Source: Schmidtea polychroa
Lineage: Eukaryota
Assembly (NCBI GenBank): GCA_044892525.1
Contig: CM097885.1
Span: forward strand, 42,038,001-42,102,000
DNA: 64,000 nt
Direction: 5' to 3'
Of the stretch, positions 26,501 through 40,500 are shown in pieces (within the stretch, counting starts at the first letter, position 1; each line of letters opens with the position of its first letter). A model generated the notes under the pieces. It saw only the letters and a program-made list of their open reading frames with translations. It had not been told where the DNA came from and did not search any database. Position numbers and translations under genes: made by a program.

Positions 26501-28166
26501 AAGCAAGGCCAAAGACATTTGAACGAAAAGGCAAAACAGCGAGAAACGACAAATATAAAATGAAACATGATACAGTGAAACAGAACAAAAAAATTGAAAG
26601 CTTAACATCACGACACGGTCAATTAAAATAACAATAGATGCTAACAAAAATGAGATCAATTAGAAATATCGAACAAAAGTTTAATTAGGGAAAACGAACA
26701 TACTGCCACCTTTTACTATGGAGCAAAAAGTTACAATAATGAAAAACGAACGGACTGTCTACTTTTATTACGAACTATAAAGTTACAATTGTGGGAATTT
26801 CAATGATAAATTTGAATAAATTCAGAAATGATGGAAGCAATAATATCAACCACTCCAGGAACAGCTAGGGAGAAATGCGTACAGATGTAGATATCCAGAT
26901 ATAGGTGGATATATGTATATGAATATATGTTTATGGATAAGGGTATATGTATAAGTATATGAGTGTATATGTAGACATAGATAAACAATTAAATGAGATA
27001 ATGAAAATAAATGACCAATCAAAGTTACGCGCCAAAAGTAAAATAACAAATAGACGCGGAAATAAGTTAAAAACATAAAATATAGGGAGTGGAACAAAGA
27101 GGCCCATAAACAGAAAAACAACAAACAAATTTTGAAAACGTAAAATATACGAAATGAGAAACATTATGACGGGGAAATCAGTGAGGTAACATAAAAAATC
27201 AAAGATAAGGAAAATATACTAATACGGAAGCGTGATAAATTACAAAATTGAGCAGGGATGGTTAATAAATAAACCATTGACGAATAGAAGGGTAACGAAT
27301 AAAATGGATAAACAAATATTAACGAGTGATGCGAGAGGGATCTGCCTGAGGAAATAGTGAGCATATTAACGAGAAACAAGTCAATTAAAGCGGTAAGAGT
27401 AAAAGCGATAGCAATAAGACGTTAACTAGACAAGAGACGTGGACATATTTAGAATAATGAAGAAGGACCAAGAGTAATCGAGATAAGTAGATTAAGAGCA
27501 CGACGTAAAAATGTGAATAAAGTCCTACGAAAATTGAGAGCAAATGAATAAGGAAAAAATTTTTCTGTTAGGATTTAGGAAATCCACAACCTATGAGCTA
27601 CGCTAAGCGTAGTACGGATAAGGCCCAGGAAAGTACCAACTGTCCTGACGAAAGATGTGGAACAGGGCCCATCGCATATACTGGAATATCTCTGCGTGTG
27701 ACTGATCACCACACGATCGGAGATCGACCAGTGCGAGTGTTTCGCATCCGGAGTCAGGAGAGTGGGGAAAACCTGGAAGAGTAGTAAAAAGAAGCATGTA
27801 GGAGAAATAAAAAGAAGACCAAGTAAATGGGAAAAGAGAGAGCGAAGTAAAGAGAAACGATTAGAGCTTAAAGACTAAATTGATAGATAACCGGTAGGCA
27901 GAATGATAGGAACAAGGACAGTCAAAGGAAAGCGAATAATAGATGCGAATAATAGATGCGAATAATAGATGCGAATAATAGATGCGAATAATAGATGCGA
28001 ATCCGGAGTCAGGGGAGTGAGGAAAACCCGTAAGAGCAGTAAAAAACAGGCATGCAGGGGGATAAACGTTTAGAAAGTGCACAGTAACTAAAGTAAAGAC
28101 AACAAAAATAGTGAGCCTAGGACAAACGGAGAAATGGAGAATAAAACATACATGTTAGGGATTATT

Positions 28167-28531
28167 AAGGCCGAGTTGTGAAAAGTCCAGCCGGTCAGGA
28201 TAATGAAGATTGAGCTGTTGAATAGTGCCAGCCAGTCGTAAGGCCGAGTTGTGAAAAGTCCAGCCGGTCAGGATAATGAAGATTGAGCTGTTGAATAGTG
28301 CCAGCCTGTCGTAAGGCCGAGTTGTGAAAAGTCCAGCCGGTCAGGATAATGAAGATTGAGCTGTTGAATAGTGCCAGCCAGTCGTAAGGCCGAGTTGTGA
28401 AAAGTCCAGCCGGTCAGGATAATGAAGATTGAGCTGTTGAATAGTGCCAGCCTGTCGTAAGGCCGAGTTGTGAAAAGTCCAGCCGGTCAGGATAATGAAG
28501 ATTGAGCTGTTGAATAGTGCCAGCCAGTCGT
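28167..28531 (+). repeat. 5 x 73 bp tandem repeat in the leader of element B
   Basis: Units start at 28167, 28240, 28313, 28386 and 28459; CCAGTC/CCTGTC variants alternate (ABABA). Confidence 0.95.
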
Positions 28532-30134
28532 AAAGGCCTAGGAAAATAATGGGATAACATTTAAGCTAATAGTGATAGGATATTAAAGCTAGCTAGAAAC
28601 GAATTGAATTTAGATACGAGAATTCGAATTTAGGGAGGATTAAACGAGCTCGTGGAAGATGATAATAAAAAATTTTATTTTGTGAGAAAGAGAAACAGAA
28701 AAGGAAAATGAATTAAGGAGATAATGAAAATAAAGAATAAGTGTGAATAGATGATGAGTAAAATAGGAAAATAATTAACTAATTAAAGGGGATCCCAGGT
28801 AAGTAGACAAAGTGCTACAGAATTTTTATTTTGGTTTAAACCGGATAAACGAATCTTGTTTTTGGTTCAGAGTAGAACCGAGTAAAGAGTAATAGGTGAC
28901 TTAGATATAAAAGGATAAGTAAAATGGCGAAATTGCGCAAGAGTATACTAGGAAAATGAGGAGGGATAATTAGCAGCAACGGACAACGACCAATTGATAT
29001 TATAATTGATAATTATAGATAATTGATAATTATAGATAATTGATACGACCCTATAGATAATTGATACGACCACATAGATAATTCAACATCGACGAAAATT
29101 TAGGATTATGGTTATTCACAACCGACGAAATAGGAATTGTACATCATTCGGAAGTTTCAAAAGTAGAAGCGGACCAGATAATGATTTTTGAAGTTTCAAA
29201 AGTAGAAACGTGGAAATAAAAAATTTCTAATAAGTCTCGAAAGCGGAGACCAATGGGATAAGAATCTTGTTTCAGTTGATTGTTTTGAATGCAGAAACGA
29301 ACGAGTTATAAATTTGTAAGGTAAAGAGTGGCAAGTTAAGGAATGATAAGATTGGTAAATTTTGATATATTAGTAGAAATGACAAGAAATGAATTGATAT
29401 TAGATAATCGGGTAAGAGAGAATGAATGAGAATATAAGGAGAATGATGGAAATTCTAGTTAAGAATGAGTTATAGAAATGACAAGGAATGAGTCAAGTAC
29501 AGATGAGAGGCAATACAAGTACAACTGTGAATATAGTTTCAAACTTAAGAAGAGAAACCGCTAAGTAAAACAATGAACTAAGTCAAGAAAAACGGCAACG
29601 ATAACAATAATAGTTAATGAAAGGAGGAAATATAAAGGGTAACCGCTATAGTAAACTCAAGAAATGATTAAAACTGAAACAACCGAGAACGAACAAGTAC
29701 CATAGTAATGAAGAAAAACTAAGAGGTAATACAAGTTAATAGATCGAGAGATAGTCATTCAAATCCCTGCACAAAATTTTGAAAAGAAAACAATAGAAAA
29801 CAACTAGAAATGAAGACCATAACCGAATGAGATAGAAAAGTAAAAATAGAAAATGATCAATGACGTAAGACCTTCTATCGGCCGTCTAGAACCCGAAGAG
29901 AAAATACAATGGGGAGTAGTTTTAGCAATAGAGCTCACCTGCTCATTGTTTTTTCGCCTTTGTGTACAGTACCAACATGCTCGTCGCCATGGGTACACAA
30001 ATGGTTAAATTGCAATAGTCATGGAGTATATATATGGAGAATATATATGATTACCCCTAATGCATTTAAAAATTTAAAATGACACACCCCTAAGTAACCA
30101 ACATTATTATTATTATTATTATTGTTATTATTAA

Positions 30135-30208
<74 letters not shown>

Positions 30209-30252
30209 GCATTGTTACCAGTAACATTATCACTCTTACTATTATTATTACT

Positions 30253-30283
<31 letters not shown>

Positions 30284-32372
30284 TATTAAAATAATTATCT
30301 TTATTTCATAAAAATAAAATTATAAAACAAATTATTGATTTTGGGATTCCCCTATCTCTAAATTTAGTTTCAATGGCCCTATCTTCCAATAAAATTACGG
30401 AAAATCACTAAAATCTATTTGTAGTAACACCCCCCCCCTGAAAACGACATCAATATTATTAATTTAAATTATATCCATATATGTATATATGTGTGGGTGT
30501 ATATGTATGTGTATATATAAGTGGATGTGTGTATGTACATACCGATTTATAAAACAACCTTATAACAATACGATAACCTTCCCCCTCAAGACCCCTGTTA
30601 TGTGATGGTCACAACCCCTTTAAGGTGATGGAACGAGGATAGAGTAGTTTACTGAAGTAATTTAGTAGAATCATTTATTAATTTAATAAAATTATTGGAT
30701 TTATTTTTAACTAAATCAAAAAGAGACTAAATTTATTTTTAACTAGATCAAAAAAAGAAAAACAAAAACAAAGACTAAGTTTATTGATTTCGATCATCAA
30801 ATTTATTCACATAATTGTTTCTTTGAATCATAGTCATGCCAAGGTCCTTCGAGCACGGTTGATGGACCATCCCAATGAAATACATTTCCTGGAGTTGGAA
30901 GACTTCTGGGTAATTCCTTATTTTCTGCTTCGTTCCTTTTGGTTCAATGACTTGCATATTGATTTGACGTAATAATGTTGGATGGCCAACTATATTCCTT
31001 GCATCTCTTTTTAAGTAGTCATTGTCAGATAATTCCGCCGGGAGGGTTGGTTGGTGGGGCTGACCAGGGGGCAATCGGACCTTCGTGTCTCGTTGAGTTG
31101 TTGTGGACTCGATTGCTAAGGAAATTAATGAAGTTAATTAATTAAATTAAGGAAGTTAATTAGAATTTTCTTATTAGTGTTGTCAACCGATCTTTACTCA
31201 TTCGAGATGCCATAATATATTATTGATGAATAGAATTGTTTCGAAAAATTCGGCCAAATACTAATATTCCTGAAATATTATTAAAAAGTTTAGGATATAA
31301 ATATTTAATATTTTAATTTATTTACATTATTATATCAAAACTAATTATATTGATATATTTATTCGAAAATTATTATTTAACATTAATTGCAATTACTGTA
31401 ATAAAACAACTTTAAATAACTTTAACAAAACAAAGAGTAATAATGAAATCAAAATTCCATTACTTTATTTAAATTATTAGTTACCAACTTTTTCTAGTAT
31501 TTTAACATAATGAATTCAAGTATATAAGGAAGTTAATTTGGTCATTTGAGGAATATTATAAATTAAAAATTTAAGTAAATTAAAATTATTTACTCTTCAT
31601 AAGAACTTTTATGATTTTAACGAATTTAAACTTCATATATTAATATTACCCATAATTTACAAGTGATATTTGGATTATGTTAAAATAGGTTTTAAGTTAA
31701 CTTAATTAAATTGAAATTTTCCTTTGATCAGGTTATCGTGGGGAATGCATGTTATCTTCATCATTTCTATCATTTCAGTTTATTAAGTTTTTTTTTGATT
31801 ATTTTCTAATTAAATTCATTATTCCCAAAAATTTCTTAAGGTATGTTTAATAAACTTTGGTTATGTTTCACTTAATTTATACTCAAACATGTTAGATGGG
31901 GTATTGTATGAACAGGTTTTGATAGATTAATGTATGATTCCTGATGACTTATGATCGTTTGAGGATAGAAAGTTTGTATAGGCATAGTTGAGGAAGTGAT
32001 TATAATAAGGGACCTGCGTAAATCGGACATACATCTTCTAACGATAGTCCGTGAACCCATTAGAGTGCTCGACAATTACAGTGCAAGTAGTGCGCTCACT
32101 TTTTGCGAGTACTCACCCTCTTGATACAGTACCAACGTTGATCGCTCAACGGGTATCAAGCGGTAAACAATGTTGTATCTTGGGTTACGCTGGTAACAGC
32201 ACTAAAGGGCAAAATATTTGATCATCAGTAACCCACCAGCAGTTAGATCAAAACTGCCAAAGACATGAAAATTTAAAGGTATTATTATTATTATTATCAT
32301 CATTATTATTATTATTATAAGAGAGATGTAGTTGCATGCTGACTGCAAACTACTAGTAGAAATTATGGGTCA

Positions 32373-32471
<99 letters not shown>

Positions 32472-32524
32472 AGAGAGATGTAGTTGCATGCTGACTGCAA
32501 ACTACTAGTAGAAAATATGGGTCA

Positions 32525-32626
<102 letters not shown>

Positions 32627-32734
32627 TTAACTATTGTAGATGCACATTGCAAACTACAAGGATTTATTTTATAACTATAATTTCGTAATAACTTTTTTAA
32701 ATATTTTCATAATAATTTCATTATATTTCAGATA

Positions 32735-33170
32735 TAATCATTTTCATCATAATATTTTCATCATAAATCATAAATCATTTTCATCATAAATCATTTTCAT
32801 TTTCTTCATAAATTTTCGTCATAATTTCATCATTTTCATCATAATTTTGGTCATAAATCATTTTCTTCATAACTTTGTCATAATTTCATCATAAATCTCA
32901 TAATTTCATCATTTTCATCATAAATCATTTTCATCATAATTTTGGTCATAAATCATTTTCATCATAAATCATTTTCTTCATAATTTTGTCATAATTTCAT
33001 CATAAATCATTTTCATCATTTTCTTCATAATTTCATCATAAATCATTTTCATTTTCTTCATAAAATATTTTCATCATCATTTTCTTCATAAATCATTTAC
33101 ATTTTCTTCATAAATTTTCATCATAAATCATTTTGTTCATAAAATATTTTCATCATAAATTTTCGTTATA
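32735..33170. repeat. Low-complexity CATCATAAATCATTTT repeat region in Polinton 2
   Basis: Degenerate short tandem units; the minus strand would encode D/E/N/Y-rich sequence with frameshifts. Confidence 0.7.
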
Positions 33171-33231
33171 AGTTTCATTATTTTATCAAAATATTTAAAA
33201 AAAAAGGTTATTACGAAATTTTTTTAAATAC

Positions 33232-33313
<82 letters not shown>

Positions 33314-33325
33314 AATAGATCTTAC

Positions 33326-33768
33326 ATTGAGATTCCATATCGGAATCTGAGTCCTCGGCAACCTCCTCAACAGAAGCGAGGGCATTATCTTCAATAGATG
33401 CGTCGATGTCGACATTAAATACTAAAACGTTTTTTAATAATAAAATACTAAAATAAAATAAATTTACTTTTTTCTTTCAAAACCTTGTTTTGCCCAACAT
33501 CATTAACCGGGGCATTCGTTTCTCCCATAAAAACGACATCATCGTCGTCATCATCGCTAATAATGATAGGTTCTAAAGAAAATTAATTTAATAAAAATTA
33601 AAATAATAAATTTACCGAATATATTATCCACATTTAAGATAGAATCGTTCTCCGTCACTTCATACCAATCGAAAACATCTAAAATAAAATAAAATAAATT
33701 AAAATAAAATAAAATAAATTACCACTCGTCAACAGATTCCTTAAAATATTATTATTGTTATTTTGCAT
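33326..33768 (-). CDS. Spliced acidic Polinton accessory gene with SIM-like motifs; exons 33768-33723, 33678-33616, 33572-33468, 33421-33326 (3' exon unresolved)
   Basis: Three phase-1 GT-AG introns of 44, 43 and 46 nt join to an open frame: MQNNNNNILRNLLTSDVFDWYEVTENDSILNVDNIFEPIIISDDDDDDVVFMGETNAPVNDVGQNKVLKEKIFNVDIDASIEDNALASVEEVAEDSDSDMESQ. Confidence 0.75.
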
Positions 33769-34225
33769 GGTTTGAATTTTTAAAATTTGAAAATAATTGT
33801 GACAAATTTTAGATTTGTCAATGTTTATAAAGAGAATGAATATTTTCCTGTCCCAACCAATGAGAATATAGATACACACACATATACACTGAATATTTTA
33901 CTCTCTCAACCAATCACACGCATGCATGTATGTAATGTAAATCACTCAGAAATTACATGTGACTGCCTTTGTTAGTCATGCCTTTGTTAGTCATGCCTTT
34001 GTTTACTTGCACTGTGCATGCTTCAGGCAAAGGTAGTCTTTATGTAGATTTAATAATATTTATGTAAATAATAATAAAATTAATTAAAAATAATAATATT
34101 TTTCAAAATAATAATATTTTTCAAAATAATATTAATAATAATAATAATATTAATAATAAAACTTTGTAATATTAATAATAATAATATTAATAATAATCAC
34201 AACAACAAAGGAAAGGATACATTTA

Positions 34226-34612
34226 TTAAACATCAAATTTTTTGTACAATAACCAAGCTAAACAATGTTGACCACATGTTTGGGTCAAAGGATTTTGAAA
34301 CATAGTTTTATTACACACAATAGGTTTCCCCATTGTTTGTAGTTTTGATATCAACAAAGCCGGGCAATAAAAACCCATAGGATCGAACACGAATATATTA
34401 CCAGGTTTCATATATATAGCTATCCAATGTTCTCCAACAAGATGAGACGATTGAGTATTGACGATTATTGCTTGATTATTGCTCAAATATGGAATTTTAT
34501 CAAGAGGAAAAACTCCAACAAATTCATTTCCCAATATCTGTTTTCCGATTTTATTGACCTGAACAGAACTACTTAAATAAATCCAGAGTATAAAAAAAAC
34601 AACTTACTCCAT
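34226..34612 (-). CDS. Adenain-like cysteine protease (Polinton PRO), probable 39 nt intron at 34569-34607
   Basis: FVGVFPLD, IIVNTQ..GEHWIAI, FDPMG, QNPLTQTCGQHC; ATG GA|gtaagt...tag|T TCT restores an MDSVQV start. Confidence 0.9.
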
Positions 34613-34639
34613 GACAACTTTTTGTGTTTCAATATACAT

Positions 34640-35855
34640 TTATACCAACGCAGTTCTATTTGCAGTAATTTGAACTTCATTTTCAAATACTCCATATATT
34701 ATAACATGTACTGGTTCAGTAATAGCTTTTGCAAACTTTATATCCAGTCGTAAATTTCCATTTTGAGGTAATTGACTTTGATTTAAATCAAAATCAGGGG
34801 CTAAAACAAATGTAAAAAATGGGTATTTGCTTTTAAAATCTTCTAGAGTTATTCCGCAATTCAAATTTTTATCTAAATAACCCAGATTTCTAACAATACT
34901 CTGCATTTATGTCGCACAGTAATTATCATTCTCGAAATCTTGAATATATGTTTCTCTATAATCAGTATTTTTCGACAAAGTCAATGAAGTAAGACCAAAG
35001 TTTTTGAAAATTGAGCTGGACGCAGTATATGATCCATTATATTGTGCTTCACTTTGAAATGTTATCAGAATAAAATTAGGCATTCTTCTGTCACCAAATA
35101 TTTGTTTTTTATAGAATGATGAAGCACCTTTAGCAATAGCAAATTGTACAATTTCCTTTGTTTTTAATGGATAAATTGCATGTTTTGAATTAAGACCCAA
35201 TTGATGACCTGCTAATACTGAGGGGTCTACTCGAACTCTTTTCACCAATAATTTTGCATCAACTAATTGACATATTGGTGTAGTAGTTTCACTAGTAAGA
35301 GATAATGCGGAATCAGACCTTTTCAGTCTAATATGTACATTAACTCCCGGTAGTAAATATTTCGGTTGATCCATAAAATCAAGTTGATGAGCACATGATG
35401 AAAACCTTTGAGCCTTTAACCCACTTTTTTCTTTCATCATCACTGCCATAGCCCATAGGAGTAAGACATGTATTTTTAGTATCGGAATTGTAATTTAAAA
35501 TAGTTTCTATTAATGCTTTGTGAATGAATGTATTATTTCCGCCCTCAATCTTGATATTATTAAATCCCAACACTGCATCTTTAAAAAGAGTATGAAACAG
35601 GAAATTGTTCGGTATTACATCTGCATTGGCATCCAAAGCTTTTCTATCTTTATCTACAACCTTAATCTGAACAGTCAATAAAGTATCGTTCAAATCTAAA
35701 TATTCGGTTTGCGAACCATTAATAATAAACTCGATATCATTTCTACTATCGGTAATTGAATTCATAGGAAAAACTTCCTCAAATGCCCCAAATTCTATTA
35801 CAGCCTGGGGTGACGGTCTATCAAATATACATAATTCAGATTTACCACAAATCAT
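34640..35855 (-). pseudogene. Polinton major capsid protein (double jelly-roll), broken by a frameshift and a stop
   Basis: KSELCIF, IEFIING..YLDLNDTLL, QPKYLLPGV, GNLRLDIKFA..VIIYGVFEN; three consecutive ORF pieces. Confidence 0.88.
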
Positions 35856-36226
35856 TTTGCAAATATAGTTCCATGTCCTTTCATTCGTTTGTTTATACGT
35901 GATATTCCATGTCTTTTACGTTTTGGAGCATGAGCTGGAGCTGGAGCTGGAGGTTTTTCTTTTTGAAACATACCTGCAACCCCGGGTAAAACTTTCCCTA
36001 ATTCTGCTAAAGCATTTGTTTTTAGAGATGGTAATATTTTCTGTTCATTCATAATAACATCTTTTGCAGTTTTCATACCAAAACTACCAATACGTTTAAG
36101 AATAGGCAGGGCAAATCTACCAATTGTTCTCAACCATCCTGATCCGTACTGTTTACCAATAAAATATGGTAAATCACCACCAGATTGGCTACCACTATAC
36201 ATACTAATAATATCAGAATTAGCCAT
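35852..36226 (-). CDS. Small basic Polinton virion/core protein with QxGxG plus amphipathic helix
   Basis: QSGGDLPYFIGKQYGSGWLRTIGRFALPILKRIG and a K/R-rich tail; sits between penton and MCP, the usual position. Confidence 0.75.
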   Translation of the reverse strand: MANSDIISMYSGSQSGGDLPYFIGKQYGSGWLRTIGRFALPILKRIGSFGMKTAKDVIMNEQKILPSLKTNALAELGKVLPGVAGMFQKEKPPAPAPAHAPKRKRHGISRINKRMKGHGTIFAK

Positions 36227-37229
36227 TTATTTTACGAAAATGTAATGTTAAATGAGTTTTTGAACCTTTTGGAAATTCGATTAATTGACCAGAATCATCT
36301 CTTATATTTATTTCTATATTGTTTATACAAGATGTTGAAACAGGTAAATACATTGGATTTTCTACATTGATTTTTACAACTTCATCTTGATCATGTCTTT
36401 CAATCCATATAGATTTCATTAAAGGAACACTAGAATCGCCAACAATAACTGGTTCCACGATATTACTGTAAATGAACATTTGCTGATGATGTTTAAGGAT
36501 TTTCGGTTTGTTTGTTCCTTCACAAATTTGTTCATTTTGTGTACATATTGGTTTAGTCAATCCTAATGTTTTTGTCAAATTTGAGTCAAATTTAACTTGA
36601 CTAAGATTAGAATTTATACTAAATCTAAATACTTTATCTTTATGAAGCTCGAAAACTGTTAAAATCTCGCTACAATTGTCAGCTAAATAGGTTTGTAATG
36701 GTTCGAGGTCTGTAATATATAAATTATCTTTAAAAGTATATGCATGCTCAGTTATTTCAATGTATGATAGCTTAAATTTGAATTCCACTAAATTATTAGT
36801 TTTTGGAAGTGTAGAGATTTATTTTGACTGTATCATTAAATACATTACGTAAATCAGTAAATCCAAGACGTTTAGCATCAGCCATTGTAGAAAATAAAAT
36901 TTCGAATGGCTTATTCAAGCAATTCATGTATAAATATTGACCATCATCATAAATTATAGGTTTCCTTGATTTCGATGAACTCGTCAAGTTATAACTATCT
37001 TTATCAATAAGAACATTAATATATTCCGTTACTGTTACTTTCTTATTATATTCAATAACTGATTTGCTATAGATTGGGAATAAATTGTATACAAATGTAA
37101 AATCCAACAGAGCAACTTCCCAGTCATTATCCAAATAGATAGGGTTTTGGAGTTCGATGATGAATTTGCTTGCTTGGTTGTCTGGATGAATTAATGGACA
37201 ACTATTGCTCGGCAAAATAGTATAAAAAT

Positions 37230-38217
<988 letters not shown>

Positions 38218-38443
38218 ATTGCTGCGAATAGTAGTACATCAATATTTAGTTTACCTTTGTTAATTTTACATTATTTTATTGTTTAAATAAATGTATGTTT
38301 TGTTGATTTGTTTAATAATACCCTTGTGAGTTGTTGAGCGTGAGCAGTACCCTTGTGAGCATTACCCATAGGGGGACAAAATATTTTGTCGGATAGACTC
38401 GGAGTATATAGATTAATACTAATAATATTAATAATAATAATAA

Positions 38444-38562
<119 letters not shown>

Positions 38563-38674
38563 TCTTTAGAAATAATAATCGGAGTAACAGGATATATGGC
38601 TCATTCGAAAGATCTTGGATTGAGCTTTAATATGAGCTATCGATGAATAATTTTCGTTGGCGGGAACTTTTCAA

Positions 38675-39363
38675 AAATTAAAAATAAAATAATAATAGTT
38701 TTTAAAAATAATAATAAAAATAATAATATTTTTAAAAATAATAATATGACCTTGATGACTCACCGCGATGACTCATCTGACCTTGGGAATGACCTTGTAT
38801 GAGTCCCGCAACCTTGAAAATGACCTTGATGAGTCATAGGATGACTCAGGTGGCCTTGAAAATGACCTTGAAAATTTTTTTTACCTTGATGAGTCTTATG
38901 TCTTTGTTCTACAGTTGACCTTGAGAAATTTGACGAGTCATAGTATGAGTCATATGACCTTGAGAATGACCTTGAACGAGTCATATGACCTTGAGAATGA
39001 CCTTGAATGAGTCATGTGACCTTGAGAATGACCTTGAACGAGTCATATGACCTTGAGAATGACCTTGAATGAGTCATGTGACCTTGAGAATGACCTTGAA
39101 TGAGTCATGGTCTTTGTTTAAATGACCTTGAAGAAAAATTGACCTTGATGAGTCATATGTCTTTGTCCTACAGTTTACCTTGAAAATTTGATGAGTCATC
39201 GGATGAGTCATGGTCTTTGTTTCAATGACCTTGATGAGTCATATGTCTTTGTCCTACAGTTGACCTTGAAAAAAAATGTACTTTTAGACTTAGAAAAATT
39301 CTTTACGCCGGGGGGGTATTGTGCCAGCGGAGTCCTGTTCTAGCGGTGCCCAATTCATCTACT
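38675..39363 (-). repeat. Right TIR of Polinton 2
   Basis: Inverted copy of 12445-13204. Confidence 0.92.
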
Positions 39364-39985
39364 GCTTTCTTATCTTCACTTTATAATCCTTGAAACCTTC
39401 TGAGTACGGCAATACTAACACAAATTTAGGCTCATCATCCTTGTTCACACTATTTAATTTATTTAACTCATCAGACTCACACATCTCAACAAGATCACTC
39501 CCAGATTTTTTCAAACATGGATCCTTAGGATTTTTAATAAATTTGTCAACAGTCTCTTTCACTATAATTACTAAAAAGGATTTTGAATAACCGTTCTTCA
39601 TTAACAATTCAACCAATATGTCAACACTTTTTACTGAATTTTTAAAAGTAGAAGACAAAGACCATGCATGATAAATCAACCCATTCACCATATTTATTTT
39701 ATATTTGAATTTACAAAAACTTTCGGAAGAAGTATAGAGACCAGTATCAGTTGCTTTTCTATAAATCTCTGTCTCATAGTGTTTCTCTTTGCGTTGTATT
39801 AACAGATCCAAGAAAGCAAGCGATGATTTTTTCTTCGTTTTACATGTGAATACAATGTTTTTATGTAGACTATTCATATAATGCAAAAACGGGCCAACAT
39901 GCCTCTGATTTTCAAATATAAGAAAAATATCATTCACATACCGTTTATAAACAGTGGGTTTCATACATTGGAAAGATACATTGCA
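39364..39985 (-). pseudogene. Penelope-like reverse transcriptase, C-terminal part and thumb
   Basis: YKRYVNDIF (degenerate YVDD), LAFLDLLI, IYRKATDTGLY, LMKNGYS, LPYSEG; continues at 12444 beyond the Polinton. Confidence 0.88.
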
Positions 39986-40500
39986 AGAGTTGTTTAAATC
40001 TATTCACCCAATAGGATCACAACCAGCAAAAATGTATGGGCTTCCAAAAATCCATGAAGATGGCGCGCCTATGAGACCTGTTTTATCCATGTTTGTCACT
40101 GCCCAGTATAAAATAGCCAAATTTTTGGATGGATTATTGAAACCATTAATACGATCAGAATTTGAATGTGTTTTGAATTTGTTTCCTGCATTGCACAATA
40201 TGATAGACAAAGTATGGATTAAAATTATGGTTTCGTTTGATGTTTGTTGTCTGTTTACTAATGTACCATTGGTTGAAACAATTGAATTATGTTGCTTGTT
40301 ATGGAATGAAAATATTTCTGAACATCATATTTTGGATAGAAGAGCATTTCATGAACTTCTTGTATTTGCAACTTCAAAAATCAATTTTCTTTTCAATAAT
40401 GAATGGTATCAACAAATAGATGGAGTTGCTATGGGTTCTCCTTTAGCACCAACGATGGCTTCAATTTTTTAACAGCTTAAAAAAGAAAATTGCATCTTTC
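39986..40500 (+). pseudogene. Penelope-like reverse transcriptase, N-terminal part, inverted
   Basis: MYGLPKIHE..PMRPVLS, SFDV..LFTNVP, YQQIDGVAMGSPLAP. Confidence 0.88.

Larger units (their letters stand above)
18718..30103 (+). mobile_element. LTR retroelement family B, deleted (5' LTR 18718-20528; truncated 3' LTR ~29763-30103)
   Basis: TGTTGG...CCAACA termini; 20179-20528 is repeated almost exactly at 29763-30103; inserted in a (TTA)n tract; PBS follows the 5' LTR; no intact gag or pol. Confidence 0.88.
15938..32238 (+). mobile_element. Solo LTR of family A (~4.9 kb: 15938-18717 plus 30104-32238), interrupted by element B
   Basis: TGTTGGGCTAGAAC...GTAACCCACCA with 4 bp TSD GCAG; collinear with the LTR at 47004-52373 (opposite strand). 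Confidence 0.9.

Noticed and set aside
24329..27379. Hydrophobic minus-strand ORFs in element B
   Set aside because: By-product of strong A-richness on the plus strand (T-rich codons); overlapping frames, no motifs.
28167..28531. Possible CRISPR array
   Set aside because: Whole 73 bp units repeat with no unique spacers; eukaryotic retroelement context; no cas genes.
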